DNA from: an uncultured Rheinheimera sp.
GTDB taxonomy: Bacteria; Pseudomonadota; Gammaproteobacteria; Enterobacterales; Alteromonadaceae
Direction of reading: 5' to 3'
Assembly: GCA_966244125.1 (NCBI GenBank)
Contig: CBIMJC010000001.1
Location: 1-56,058, forward strand
Length of the DNA: 56,058 bases
The position numbers and the translations under genes are program-made. Below the pieces are notes generated by a model that saw only the letters and a program-made list of their open reading frames with translations, did not search any database and was not told where the DNA came from. Positions 29,414 through 39,200 of this stretch are shown piece by piece. Numbering within the stretch: the stretch's first letter is position 1; every line of letters begins with the position of its first letter.

Positions 29414-29418
29414 CGGCC

Positions 29419-30687
29419 TTAGCGTTTTACGCCAAACTGAGATTGTTCAGCGCCTTCCACTTCCATTTGTGCGGCCATCAGCCGGCCGCGCTCAGCCGGG
29501 AAGGCTTGCACCAATGCCATCGCCATTTCACGTAAACCGTGCGCACTTGGATTGGAAAAACCTGTGCCTGTGGTGCCTGTGCATTTCAGTGCATTGACGG
29601 CCAGGCTGAAGCCTGCTTCAGCCACTACGCCTTTGCACAAGCGCCAGCGTTTCACCACTTCTTGTTTTGGCAGAATTTCCGGTTCGGCGGTTTCCAGCTC
29701 GAGCTGACGGCGTAACCACAAGGTTGCGGTTTCTAACTCGCACATCATCTGGCCTATCAGTTGCTGGTGCATAGGCGAGCTGGCAATGGATTTGTCGGAA
29801 TCGCCAAACTTACTGCTGGTCAGGGTATGCAGGGTTTGCTGGTAAATGGACCAGGCCTGACCTAAATACACGGCTATGCTGGCCAGCTGATTACCCACAA
29901 AGCTGCCGCGGCTCATTTGCATACAACGCACAAAAGCACCGGGAATAGTTAAGGCGTCGTCGTCCGCCACAAAAACCTCTTTTAAAATCAGGCCATGAGT
30001 GGCTGAGCCGCGCATGCCTATGGCATCCCATTTCTGCCGTTCGCTGACTCCTTCGGCATCTTTATTAACAAAAAAGGTGGTCAGGCCGCTGGCATCTTCA
30101 TAGCCTTCCAGACTGGCTGTCACCAGGTACTGATCGGCAATGCCGGTGGCGCAGCCAAAAGCTTTAACACCGTTTAACAGGTAGCCGCCTTCGACTTTTT
30201 TCGCTTTGGTGGAAATGGTAATAGCGGCTTTTTCTGACTTCACCGATTCGCTGGCAAAGTTGGCCAGCCATTTACCGTCACGGCCCATAGTGGTCAGCAC
30301 TTTTTCAGCAAAGGCTTTGACCTGTGGTGCTTCGTCGGCATTAAATAAACCAGCTTCCAGTGCTTCTAAAGCTAACAAACCACGGGATGCCGAAGAGCAG
30401 TGGAAAAAGAAACATAAGGCGGTAGATGGACAGACTGTGCCCAGAGCAAAAGTTGCTGCAGCCATATCACGCAGGCTGCCTCCTAATCCGCCGTATTGTT
30501 CCGGGATAATCAAACCGAGTAAGCCTGCGTCGCTAAAGGTTTTGACATGTGGCAGATGAAACTCGCCATCGCGGTCCACCTGAGCGGCCGCCGCTTTAAT
30601 CACAGGCAGAATAGCTTCAACACGCTGCGCTCTGGCTTTTTCTGCGGCTGTCATCTGTTCAACAAAATGTTCGGCTGTTAATTTCAT
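29419..30687 (-). CDS. Acyl-CoA dehydrogenase-fold flavoprotein (possibly a two-component monooxygenase)
   Basis: GLLGL.IP..YGGLG, GGYLLNGVKAF..G, WDAIGMRGSATH. Confidence 0.85.
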   Translation of the reverse strand: MKLTAEHFVEQMTAAEKARAQRVEAILPVIKAAAAQVDRDGEFHLPHVKTFSDAGLLGLIIPEQYGGLGGSLRDMAAATFALGTVCPSTALCFFFHCSSASRGLLALEALEAGLFNADEAPQVKAFAEKVLTTMGRDGKWLANFASESVKSEKAAITISTKAKKVEGGYLLNGVKAFGCATGIADQYLVTASLEGYEDASGLTTFFVNKDAEGVSERQKWDAIGMRGSATHGLILKEVFVADDDALTIPGAFVRCMQMSRGSFVGNQLASIAVYLGQAWSIYQQTLHTLTSSKFGDSDKSIASSPMHQQLIGQMMCELETATLWLRRQLELETAEPEILPKQEVVKRWRLCKGVVAEAGFSLAVNALKCTGTTGTGFSNPSAHGLREMAMALVQAFPAERGRLMAAQMEVEGAEQSQFGVKR

Positions 30688-30755
30688 CGGACTTCCCTTC
30701 GTCTGCTGCTTGCTTGTTCGTCTTAGGTTTGCTGGAACTCTTTTGTTTATGCCGG

Positions 30756-31496
30756 TTATTCACCGCGAAGAATGGCGCGTAACTGTTCACTGGCTGGCGT
30801 ACCAATCAGGCCTTCAATACGTTTCCACACTGGGTCTATTTCCGGGCTGAAAATAGCGGCGCGATTGGCTTTGTCGCGGCTGACCAGCTCGGCGGCAGAA
30901 ACCGGGCTGTCGACGCCTTTGTCGATCAGGCCATACCAATACTGCAGATAGGCTTCGACATGGCTGAACAAGGTTTTAAAAGCAGGTTCTGTGGCGCGGT
31001 GCACCAACATCCAGGGCGACATAATGGCGCGCTGACGCGGCGTGATATGGGCGTGCTCTATACCTTCGATGGCTTCAGCGGCATTAAATTGGTCGGTTAA
31101 GGGCCAGAACACCTGATTCAGGTAGTTGGTGTGGGCACCTAAATCGACCCTTGGGGTTAAATCCAGGTGGAAGGCAAAATGTTCGCCTGCTTTGACTGAG
31201 TCGAGGGTAAAGTGCGGCACAGCGCTGTCGGCTGGCATAAAGCCGTACAGCATGTGGGAGTCCAGCTGAATTTGCGGCACCACTATGGAGCAGGTCACCA
31301 GCTTGTTCAGCGGGCCACCTTCAAACAGCCGTACTTTGCCGACAGCACCCTGGGCCATAGGCAGATGGCTGACTAAGGTCATAAAAGGGCCACCGTCGCT
31401 GGCCAGCACTTCATGCATGCCATATTTGGCGACTATCTTGTCGACAGTGCTGTCGGATAAATCCTGAGCTAAAGATAATTCTGTAGTTTGGGACAT
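30756..31496 (-). CDS. RCC-reductase / ferredoxin-dependent bilin reductase-like protein 1
   Basis: GF..DSAVPHFTLD...F.LDLTPRVDL....YL, R...SPW, YL.YW, RD...R, DP follow the RCCR/FDBR pattern as recalled. Confidence 0.72.
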   Translation of the reverse strand: MSQTTELSLAQDLSDSTVDKIVAKYGMHEVLASDGGPFMTLVSHLPMAQGAVGKVRLFEGGPLNKLVTCSIVVPQIQLDSHMLYGFMPADSAVPHFTLDSVKAGEHFAFHLDLTPRVDLGAHTNYLNQVFWPLTDQFNAAEAIEGIEHAHITPRQRAIMSPWMLVHRATEPAFKTLFSHVEAYLQYWYGLIDKGVDSPVSAAELVSRDKANRAAIFSPEIDPVWKRIEGLIGTPASEQLRAILRGE

Positions 31497-31546
31497 GATT
31501 ATTCTCTTTGTTTTTGTCTGAGTCGTTGTCTGAAACAGCAGGCGGC

Positions 31547-33229
31547 TTACAGCATGGCCTGCATCAGTTTCCATGGACGATTTTTAATTAAATCAGTGTT
31601 TTGCGAACACACTTTATTATGAGCAGCCCGTGGATGCACAGTAGCGCTGGTGACCAAATGGTCAGCCAAACCGCTGATCTGAACACCGGCGCTAAGCAGA
31701 CCATCAAACTTACGGTGCTGCCATGGCGTCATAATGGTGAATTCTTTTTGCATCACGCAGATCAGATTGTGCTCAGGTTGCAGACTGGCCGACACCAGAT
31801 TGACGCGGTTTTCTGAGGCCCGTTCCAGCAAGCCGGTTTTTGATTGCCAGTTTTCCTGTTGACGCACTGGGGCCAGCACCACTTCACAGCCTTGCATGGC
31901 GATCAGACGGAAGCTTTCCGGATAGATGGCGTCATCTTCCAGGATCAGCGCCAGTTTGCCGTGAATGCTGTCATAAACCGCAAATTGATCCGTTAAAGCG
32001 GACCAGGCAAAACGCTGCGAGAAATGCACCTGACACTGGATCAGTTCTATGCCTTTGTGGCTAATCAGCACAGCACAATGCGCCAGTTTGTCACCATGCT
32101 GACGTACTATGCTGGTGGCGACATACTGATCCGGTGCGCAGGCTGCGGCCAGACTGGCAACCACCTGCTCACTCATCGCCACTTGTTGTTCAGCATAGTG
32201 GGTGCCTGCCAGCCAGAACAATTCGGCTAAACAAATCAGTTTATGCTGGGGATGGGCCTGAACTGCAGCCACAGCCTCGGCCACAGCCTCTGTGCCTTTG
32301 CTGGCAATGCTGATGGCAGCGACTGATAAATCCAAAGCGCCGCTAAATTCAGGTAAAGGCTGGTTCGCCGGGTTTTCGCCCAACGCCTGATAAAGCTGTG
32401 GGCGGCGCTGTTTAAAAATGTCGGTGCCGTCCGGCCGGGTTTTGTGATCCGCAAGGGCCGGGTTGATATCGGCCCAAATCACTTCTTCACCTTTGCCAGC
32501 CAGTGCCAGCACTGTGCCATCCGGCGCTACAATCTGGCTGTCACCTGCACCATGTAAGAAATGCAGCGGAATGCTGGTCGCTTCAGACACAGGCACTAAC
32601 AAAGCTTCAGGGATCAGCGGGCCCACTTTATTGGCTGCGACGATAAAGACTTTGTTTTCAGCCGCCCGTACCGGAATGTGTAAATCGCCTTCGTCCAGCG
32701 CAAAAGAATTTAAGCTGTTGCAGAGAATTTGGGCACCGCGCAGCGCAAGGCCTCTTGGGGTTTCGTTGATCACACCATCCATGCAGGAATACATCGCGAC
32801 TTTGCCAATAGGGGTGTCGATCACTGGCCCTGCAGTGTCGGCACTATCCAGAAAGTCGTTTTCATGCCCGACCAGCACCTGCTTGTTATTTTGCGCCAGC
32901 AACTCGCCTTGTGGCGAAATCAGGAAGCTGGTGCCGGTGCAGTGTTGCTCACCACGCTCAGGGCGCTTTACTGTGGCATTAAACACCAGATAAGCCCTGG
33001 CTTCGGCAGCCGCTGCTTTGATGCTGCTGATAAAGTCACCTTCCAACCTAATAGCCACTTCATAGCAGTGGGCCTGATTGTCATACCAGGAGTTGTGGTT
33101 CACAAACTCCGGCAGCACGATAAGGTCGGGCGAACATTTGGCGGCTTCTTTAATCATGCGCAAACAAGTGGCTAAATTGTCCTGCACGTTATTGGTCACA
33201 GCAAATTGGGCAGCAGCAACACGGATCAT
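31547..33229 (-). CDS. Tandem-domain nitrilase / C-N hydrolase
   Basis: Domain 1 has an intact E-K-C triad (LPEF, NKQ, SCMD); domain 2 is degenerate. Confidence 0.88.
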   Translation of the reverse strand: MIRVAAAQFAVTNNVQDNLATCLRMIKEAAKCSPDLIVLPEFVNHNSWYDNQAHCYEVAIRLEGDFISSIKAAAAEARAYLVFNATVKRPERGEQHCTGTSFLISPQGELLAQNNKQVLVGHENDFLDSADTAGPVIDTPIGKVAMYSCMDGVINETPRGLALRGAQILCNSLNSFALDEGDLHIPVRAAENKVFIVAANKVGPLIPEALLVPVSEATSIPLHFLHGAGDSQIVAPDGTVLALAGKGEEVIWADINPALADHKTRPDGTDIFKQRRPQLYQALGENPANQPLPEFSGALDLSVAAISIASKGTEAVAEAVAAVQAHPQHKLICLAELFWLAGTHYAEQQVAMSEQVVASLAAACAPDQYVATSIVRQHGDKLAHCAVLISHKGIELIQCQVHFSQRFAWSALTDQFAVYDSIHGKLALILEDDAIYPESFRLIAMQGCEVVLAPVRQQENWQSKTGLLERASENRVNLVSASLQPEHNLICVMQKEFTIMTPWQHRKFDGLLSAGVQISGLADHLVTSATVHPRAAHNKVCSQNTDLIKNRPWKLMQAML

Positions 33230-33332
33230 GGATATTCCTTTTTAATCAACTTGGTCATAGCATCTGTTGTGGTTATTTTTGCAGTGAAGCGGCCATCAGA
33301 TACCTGTACTTTTAACTGTACTTTGAATTAAT

Positions 33333-33350
33333 TGATATAACAATATAACA
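33333..33350. promoter_or_regulatory. Island operator palindrome, site 4 (TGATATAACAATATAACA)
   Basis: Divergent gap; consensus match. Confidence 0.78.
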
Positions 33351-33395
33351 TGAGTTAAGCTGAGTCAGCAAAAATGTTCAGGTCAGGAGAAAAAA

Positions 33396-34106
33396 ATGAC
33401 GAATGAGTATGAATACAGTATGGCTTTAGCCTTGTTTGATTTTGTGCCACTGCTGTTATCCAGTGCTGGATTGCTTTATCTGGCGCGGGCTTTGGGCCTG
33501 ATTAATCCGGCGATCAAATGGCAGGCTTTGGCGTCGGCTCTGCTGATTATCACCGGAGGTTTTTGCAAGGTATTCTGGAAATTCCTGATCGCCGCCACAG
33601 AAGTGCATTACCCGGTACTGAACAATATGTTTTTTATTTTGCTGGCCCCGGGTTTTACCTTACTGACCTACTACTTGTGGGCAGCCCGGGCTTTTTACCG
33701 GCAGCGTGTTATATCTGGTTTTGCCATCGTCTGGCCCTGGCTGATTATTGCAGTTTTTGCTGTTGTCGCTGGCTATCTGGCGCTGACTTTCCCGGAGCAG
33801 CGCAAATGGTTTTTAGCCCTGTTGGTGCTGGTGACTGTGTCCAATGTGGTATTTATCTGGCACGCGGTGCGGCATAGCCTGCAACTGAAACTAAGCCGCA
33901 GCGCCTGGTTGTTGGTGCTGAATTTAGTCGGAGTTTTTGTGCTGGCGGGTTTGGCTCGTGCCGGGCATCAGCATGAAGCTGTGCAGTGGGTGGAGCAAAT
34001 ACTGAATACTTTTACCCAAGGCGCTTTGTTAGCTGCCGCCTTGATGCTTTACAACAAACATCGTCAGATCCAGTCGCAGGATCACAGCCTTAGCACTCAT
34101 TCATAG
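33396..34106 (+). CDS. Integral membrane protein (about 7 TM), unknown function
   Basis: Seven hydrophobic segments; AGGAG RBS. Confidence 0.78.
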   Translation: MTNEYEYSMALALFDFVPLLLSSAGLLYLARALGLINPAIKWQALASALLIITGGFCKVFWKFLIAATEVHYPVLNNMFFILLAPGFTLLTYYLWAARAFYRQRVISGFAIVWPWLIIAVFAVVAGYLALTFPEQRKWFLALLVLVTVSNVVFIWHAVRHSLQLKLSRSAWLLVLNLVGVFVLAGLARAGHQHEAVQWVEQILNTFTQGALLAAALMLYNKHRQIQSQDHSLSTHS

Positions 34107-34114
34107 GAAGCAGC

Positions 34115-35419
34115 ATGTCAGAGTCATTGCTAGAAAAAAAATACTTAGGGATCCGCGTCAACGACGGTGTGACCGCCTGGCACATGTCCACTTTTTACTT
34201 AACCTGTGTTGCCACTATTTTGTTAGGCACTTTTATTAATGCCTTTCAGCCGTTTTTGTTTAACGAAATGATGCAGATCCCAACCGCCGAACAAGGGGTT
34301 GTCAGTGGCAAGCTGAACTTCTGGGGGGAAATGGCCATTATTGGCTCTGTTGGGGTCTGGGGGGCTTTGTCGGATAAACTCGGCCGCCGTTTGATTATGG
34401 TGTTGGGTTTTTTATTAGTAGCAGTGGCTATGTATTTGTACCCTCAGGCCCAAAGCGTCAATGAGCTGGTGTTGTACCGGGTGATTTATGGCCTGGGCAT
34501 AGCCTCGGCCACTTGCATGATAGTGACTTTGCTGGCCGATTACGCCAAGGACATCAACAGAGGCAAGGCGGCAGGGCTGCAAGGGGTGTGCAACGGTATT
34601 GGCGCCGTGATAGCCCTTTTCGTGTTATTGCGTTTACCGGCAATTTTTCAGCAGCAAGGCATGACGGCTTTTGAAGCCGGTACCCAGACTTATCTGATAG
34701 TGGCAGGCCTGGCCGTTGCTGTGGGTTTGTTGTCGGTGCGTGGTTTAAAAGCACATCAGAAGGCGGCGCAGACGCATAAACAAAGTGTCCTGTCGATGAT
34801 GGTAGATGGTGTGAAAGCAGCCCGTGAACCCGGTATTGCTTTGGCTTATGGTGCAGCTTTTGTTTCCCGCGCTAATCTGACCATAGTGGGCGCTTTTATG
34901 ACCTTATGGCTGTCGCACTACGGCACAGAACAGGCTGGAATGTCGGCCGCTGATGCACTGAAAAAGGCCGGTATTATTGTGGCTATTGCCCAGAGTGTGG
35001 CGCTGTTTGGTGCACCTTTGTTTGGTATTTTAACCGACAAACTGAACAGGGTAACGGCCCTGTTAATAGCGCTGTTTATTACCTTTGTTGGTTATTGCAG
35101 TACTTACCTGATCTCCGACCCTTTTGGCTCAGGCATGCTGGTGGTGGTGGTGCTGATTGGTTTAAGTGAAATTGGCGCCATTATTACTTCAGGTGTACTG
35201 ATTTCCCAGCAAACACCGGAGCAGAACCGTGGTGCTGTGATTGGTATCTTTAACCTTTGTGGTGCTATAGGTATTCTGGTGTCCAGTGTGGCAGGTGGCT
35301 ACTTGTACGATCACTGGGACCAGTCCGGCCCCTTTGTTTTTGTCGGCTGCTGTGGCCTGATCGTCTTTATCTGGGGTTTGCTGGTGAAGAACAGGATAGT
35401 GCCGCTGAATCAGCAATAG
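34115..35419 (+). CDS. MFS transporter (paralog of 51611-52948)
   Basis: GALSDKLGRR motif A; 12-TM pattern. Confidence 0.92.
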   Translation: MSESLLEKKYLGIRVNDGVTAWHMSTFYLTCVATILLGTFINAFQPFLFNEMMQIPTAEQGVVSGKLNFWGEMAIIGSVGVWGALSDKLGRRLIMVLGFLLVAVAMYLYPQAQSVNELVLYRVIYGLGIASATCMIVTLLADYAKDINRGKAAGLQGVCNGIGAVIALFVLLRLPAIFQQQGMTAFEAGTQTYLIVAGLAVAVGLLSVRGLKAHQKAAQTHKQSVLSMMVDGVKAAREPGIALAYGAAFVSRANLTIVGAFMTLWLSHYGTEQAGMSAADALKKAGIIVAIAQSVALFGAPLFGILTDKLNRVTALLIALFITFVGYCSTYLISDPFGSGMLVVVVLIGLSEIGAIITSGVLISQQTPEQNRGAVIGIFNLCGAIGILVSSVAGGYLYDHWDQSGPFVFVGCCGLIVFIWGLLVKNRIVPLNQQ

Positions 35420-35429
35420 CACAGACTGT

Positions 35430-35456
35430 ACTCAGCTCAGAAGTTCTGAGCTGAGT
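35430..35456. terminator. Perfect hairpin between convergent genes
   Basis: ACTCAGCTCAGAA-G-TTCTGAGCTGAGT. Confidence 0.6.
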
Positions 35457-35479
35457 CGCGGGCAGCAAGGTCTTACTCT

Positions 35480-35947
35480 TTAATCAATAGCAGTTAAATT
35501 CAGCTGCTGTACCACTGGCTGATCAGCCACCTGAAATAAGGCGTCTTTATAATCAGGAGGACCCATGCTGCCTTTGGCGTTGTTGGAGGTGGCGACTGGT
35601 TCTTTTGGAATGCCTATCCAGTTACTTTTCAGCTCGGTATTGTTGTCCAGATCCTGAAACAGTGAGAGTGCATAGTCCCCGGCCGGCAGGTCCAGGCTGA
35701 GTTGCACGCTGTTGTCTTTGACCTGACCTTGCAGTGGGAAGCTTTGCTGTTTGAAAATTTCACCGGCTTTATCAGACAGCCAGTGTTTTTTGTTGTTATA
35801 TACCCGGACTACCAGTTGGCCTTGCTCCGATTGTACACCGGACAAGCTGATAGTCAGATTCTGGGCTGTTGCCGGGCTGGCACAAAGCGTGGCTGCGAAC
35901 AGAATGGCTGTTGGCAGACTGGCGACGCTGGCGGTTTTTGCGGTCAT
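35480..35947 (-). CDS. DUF2141 family exported protein
   Basis: Signal peptide; G.YA...FQD.D.N..L..NW.GIPKEP...SNN....GPP....A.F. Confidence 0.88.
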   Translation of the reverse strand: MTAKTASVASLPTAILFAATLCASPATAQNLTISLSGVQSEQGQLVVRVYNNKKHWLSDKAGEIFKQQSFPLQGQVKDNSVQLSLDLPAGDYALSLFQDLDNNTELKSNWIGIPKEPVATSNNAKGSMGPPDYKDALFQVADQPVVQQLNLTAID

Positions 35948-36019
35948 ATCAGTTCCTTTTTAATGGCCTCAGGGCCAGAGACTTGGGCCGCAACGCAGCA
36001 GAGTGCCAGCGCTGCGGTG

Positions 36020-36793
36020 TTACTTCATCGAAAATTCCATCTCAAACTGGTATTGGTCCGGGCGGTATACGGCATACATATGATCAAAAAGTTCGCCGTT
36101 TTTGTCGTACATGGAACGGTCCAGTACCAGCAGTGGTTTACCTGTCGGAATACCTAAGTGCATGGCGGTATCCACATTCGACAAAGTTGCAGTCACTGAC
36201 TGTTTCACTTTGCCCAGATGCAACTCAATACCGGCCATACGGAAGATATCCATACGTGACATTTTCAGCAGGTTTTCTTCGCTGTACACATCGCCTATAT
36301 CACGGGTCCAGCTGCCGTAGTAACCAAAAGGTATGCCGTCTGACAAACGTACCCGTTGTGATTGGATCAGCTGGGTTTCGCCATCAATACCAAAACGCTC
36401 CTGAATATCCAGTGGCGGAATAGCTTTGCGGAACATCAGTGACTGCACCTGAGTTTCACGGCCCATAATGGCAAGGCTTTCCAGTAAACCGGAAATAGGG
36501 GCGTTTAACTGCTCGGCACGATGCTTATAGGTCACATGGGAACCTTTGCCTCTGTGACGGCTGATATAACCTTCTTCGGCCAACTCATCCATAGCGCGTT
36601 TGGCGGTAATTCTGGACACCCCAAATACATCGGATAATTGATGCTCTGTTGGCATTTTTTCGCCGTAAGGGATCTCGCCCAGATGAATTTTTTCCTTCAG
36701 AAACAAATACACCTGATGGTACAGCGGAGTTGGTACGTCGCTTAAGATGGCTTGTTTTAAGCGTGGATCAGCTAACAGTTGTTCAAATGTCAT
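36020..36793 (-). CDS. GntR/HutC-subfamily regulator with UTRA domain
   Basis: PLYHQV, PTE..L...FGVSRIT..RA..EL..EG...R..GKGS; C-terminal UTRA-like (Y..YRPD.Y). Confidence 0.93.
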   Translation of the reverse strand: MTFEQLLADPRLKQAILSDVPTPLYHQVYLFLKEKIHLGEIPYGEKMPTEHQLSDVFGVSRITAKRAMDELAEEGYISRHRGKGSHVTYKHRAEQLNAPISGLLESLAIMGRETQVQSLMFRKAIPPLDIQERFGIDGETQLIQSQRVRLSDGIPFGYYGSWTRDIGDVYSEENLLKMSRMDIFRMAGIELHLGKVKQSVTATLSNVDTAMHLGIPTGKPLLVLDRSMYDKNGELFDHMYAVYRPDQYQFEMEFSMK

Positions 36794-36908
36794 AAGCTCA
36801 TTCTTTTTGAGGGTGATTTTACCGGGGCAGTGAGTTTTATTCAGTTGCACTCAGCATAGCCCGAGTCACCGGTTTTTGTGAAACGCTTAAAAAAATAGCA
36901 AGTTACTA

Positions 36909-36926
36909 TGTTATAGAGTTAGAACA
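36909..36926. promoter_or_regulatory. Island operator palindrome, site 5 (TGTTATAGAGTTAGAACA), upstream of gntR
   Basis: Consensus match at an autoregulatory position. Confidence 0.65.
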
Positions 36927-37110
36927 ATTATAACAAAGATTATACTTTAGTTAAACGCAGATAATGACGGATCGGATCTGTTTAACCTTTGTTCTCTCTG
37001 ATTGTTTAGTTCTGAATGCTGTTTTACGCCTGTTTTGCTGCTGTCTTCAGTTCCTCTGCACCTGTGCTTGTTGATCCCGGATAAATTCTATAGCTTTGAA
37101 TTGTTTTAAA

Positions 37111-37128
37111 TGGTATATCATTAGGTCA
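37111..37128. promoter_or_regulatory. Island operator palindrome, site 6 (TGGTATATCATTAGGTCA)
   Basis: Consensus match; same right half as site 2. Confidence 0.65.
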
Positions 37129-37195
37129 AAGTTGGCAATATATCTGGATTTTCAGCATCAGGCAGCTTTGCTGCGCAGCGAATTAAGGAGTTTTC

Positions 37196-37972
37196 ATGGA
37201 TAACTACCAAATAGCACGCCGTGCTCAAATTGGCGTCATTATTCCTTCCACCAACACTGGAGTGGAGTATGACCTGCAGAAGTTACGTATTGATGGCGTA
37301 ACCTGGCACCCGTCGCGCTTTTTTATTGAGTTACGTAACTGGGCCGATGAAGTGGCCAAAACAGGTGAAACCGACAACCAGGTGTTTGAACGTTTTCTGG
37401 AAATTATGCGTGGTGAGATCCCTTATTCAATTCGTAACGTACTCAGTGCCAAGGTAAATCACATTATGCTTGGCATGTCGGCTGAGACCTTCTGGGGTGG
37501 CCTCGAGGGCAATATTGCTTTTGAACGTGATATTAAAAATCAGATTGGTGATTTGGGTTTAACCACCGGGGCCGGGGCCACTAAAGACGCGCTGGAAAAA
37601 TTTGGCTGTAAGAAGATCTCTGTCATTACGCCCTATCCTCAGGTGGGTGATGAAAACGTGATCCGCTTTTTCAGTGATATCGGCTTTGAAGTACACAAGG
37701 TCAAAGGCCTGAACCGGCCTTCAGCCACGGCTATAGCCGAAACCTCGATCAAGCAGGTGGTGGACGCTATTTATGAAGTGGATGCTGATGACGTGGACTG
37801 CATTATTCAATGCGGCACCAATTTATCGACTGTGGATATCTTCCCCAGTTTTGAACATATTCTGGGCAAACCTATGTTGCCTATTAACACCTGCACCGTC
37901 TGGCATGCGCTGCGAGCCTGTGGTGTGAATGACAAAATTACCGGTATGGGGCGTTTGCTGGAAGAGTTCTAG
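37196..37972 (+). CDS. Asp/Glu racemase superfamily (maleate isomerase / arylmalonate decarboxylase-like), copy 1
   Basis: IGVIIPSTNT.VE, ISVITPY, GTNL, LGKP...IN....WHALR. Confidence 0.85.
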   Translation: MDNYQIARRAQIGVIIPSTNTGVEYDLQKLRIDGVTWHPSRFFIELRNWADEVAKTGETDNQVFERFLEIMRGEIPYSIRNVLSAKVNHIMLGMSAETFWGGLEGNIAFERDIKNQIGDLGLTTGAGATKDALEKFGCKKISVITPYPQVGDENVIRFFSDIGFEVHKVKGLNRPSATAIAETSIKQVVDAIYEVDADDVDCIIQCGTNLSTVDIFPSFEHILGKPMLPINTCTVWHALRACGVNDKITGMGRLLEEF

Positions 37973-38025
37973 GCTTAACCTGCTGATTTACAGGGTATAC
38001 CGCCGGCAGACCATAAGGGGTGTGT

Positions 38026-39036
38026 ATGCGTTTTAGTTTACCGCTGGGAATTATGGCCTGTCTGGCACTCACAGCACTGATATGGCTTTTAGGGCCTTAC
38101 AGTGCGCATATTGCCTTTGCGCCGGATCAGGGGGCCTTGTGGTATTACTGGCAACGACCTGACCCGGATCTCTGGAGCCGGGTTAGTGCCTGGGGTTTGT
38201 ATATAGGTCACCAGTTGGCGATCTGGTGGCTGATTTACAGTGCCAAAAGTTTGTATTCTGAACCGGGCACGGACAGCACAGCCAGCAGCCCTGTGTATCA
38301 ATCACTGGGGCTGCATAAAGTGAATCTGTATGCGCTTGGCGTTAACCTGGTATTTATCCTGCTGCATATAGCCCAGACCAAAATTTTTTACGACGGGCTG
38401 GCGCAGGATGTCAGCAACCTGAGCGCACAGTTTTCGGTGATTATTCTGCTGATTATGGTGTTGTTGCTGGAGCATAAACGCCGCGGTTTATTTTTTGGTC
38501 AAAAGCTGTCCGCTGCTGAGCAAAGTTACGGCTGGATCAGGCGTTACCATGGTTACTACTTTGCCTGGGCTATTATTTATACCTTCTGGTTTCACCCTAT
38601 AGAAACCACTTTGGGTCATTTGCTGGGTAACCTTTATACCTTCCTGCTGTTGTTGCAGGGCAGTTTATTTTTCACCCGTTTTCACCGTAATAAATACTGG
38701 ACTGTGCTGCTGGAGACTTTTGTATTGCTGCACGGCGCCATGGTGGCTTATGCCTCTGTGCATGGTGAATCTGCCGCTATGTTTGCTTTTGGTTTTGCGG
38801 TGATGTTTTTTGTCACACAGATTTATGGGCTGGGTTTAAGCCAGAGGCTGATCCTGCTGCTGAGCGGATTATTTATCGCCGTTGTGCTGCTGTATTATCA
38901 AACCAACCTGATTAAAAGCGTCGAAATTTTCCGCATCCCGCTGGTGCTTTATCTGGGCGCAGGGCTTTTTGTTGCTATTCATTGGCTGGGTAAAACCGGC
39001 GGCCGCTTTTTCTCCAAACCGCTGCTGCGGCGCTGA
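38026..39036 (+). CDS. His-rich integral membrane protein, unknown function
   Basis: About 9-10 hydrophobic segments with several intramembrane His. Confidence 0.75.
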   Translation: MRFSLPLGIMACLALTALIWLLGPYSAHIAFAPDQGALWYYWQRPDPDLWSRVSAWGLYIGHQLAIWWLIYSAKSLYSEPGTDSTASSPVYQSLGLHKVNLYALGVNLVFILLHIAQTKIFYDGLAQDVSNLSAQFSVIILLIMVLLLEHKRRGLFFGQKLSAAEQSYGWIRRYHGYYFAWAIIYTFWFHPIETTLGHLLGNLYTFLLLLQGSLFFTRFHRNKYWTVLLETFVLLHGAMVAYASVHGESAAMFAFGFAVMFFVTQIYGLGLSQRLILLLSGLFIAVVLLYYQTNLIKSVEIFRIPLVLYLGAGLFVAIHWLGKTGGRFFSKPLLRR

Positions 39037-39062
39037 TCCGCGCAGCAGCGGTCTGTTTTTTT
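39018..39062 (+). terminator. Rho-independent terminator
   Basis: ACCGCTGCTGCG...CGCAGCAGCGGT then a T-run. Confidence 0.7.
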
Positions 39063-39145
39063 CTGCTCATTTTAGCTTCAGCACTCTGATTTCAGCCTTT
39101 GATGTCTTAAAGCACGTTAAGCAATGCTTGCTGAAAAAATTCAAA

Positions 39146-39163
39146 TGATATAAAGTTATATCA
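39146..39163. promoter_or_regulatory. Island operator palindrome, site 7 (TGATATAAAGTTATATCA)
   Basis: Perfect arms identical to those of site 1. Confidence 0.82.
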
Positions 39164-39200
39164 TTGTGTTCATAAGATGATTAACCTTTGGATCCTAACC

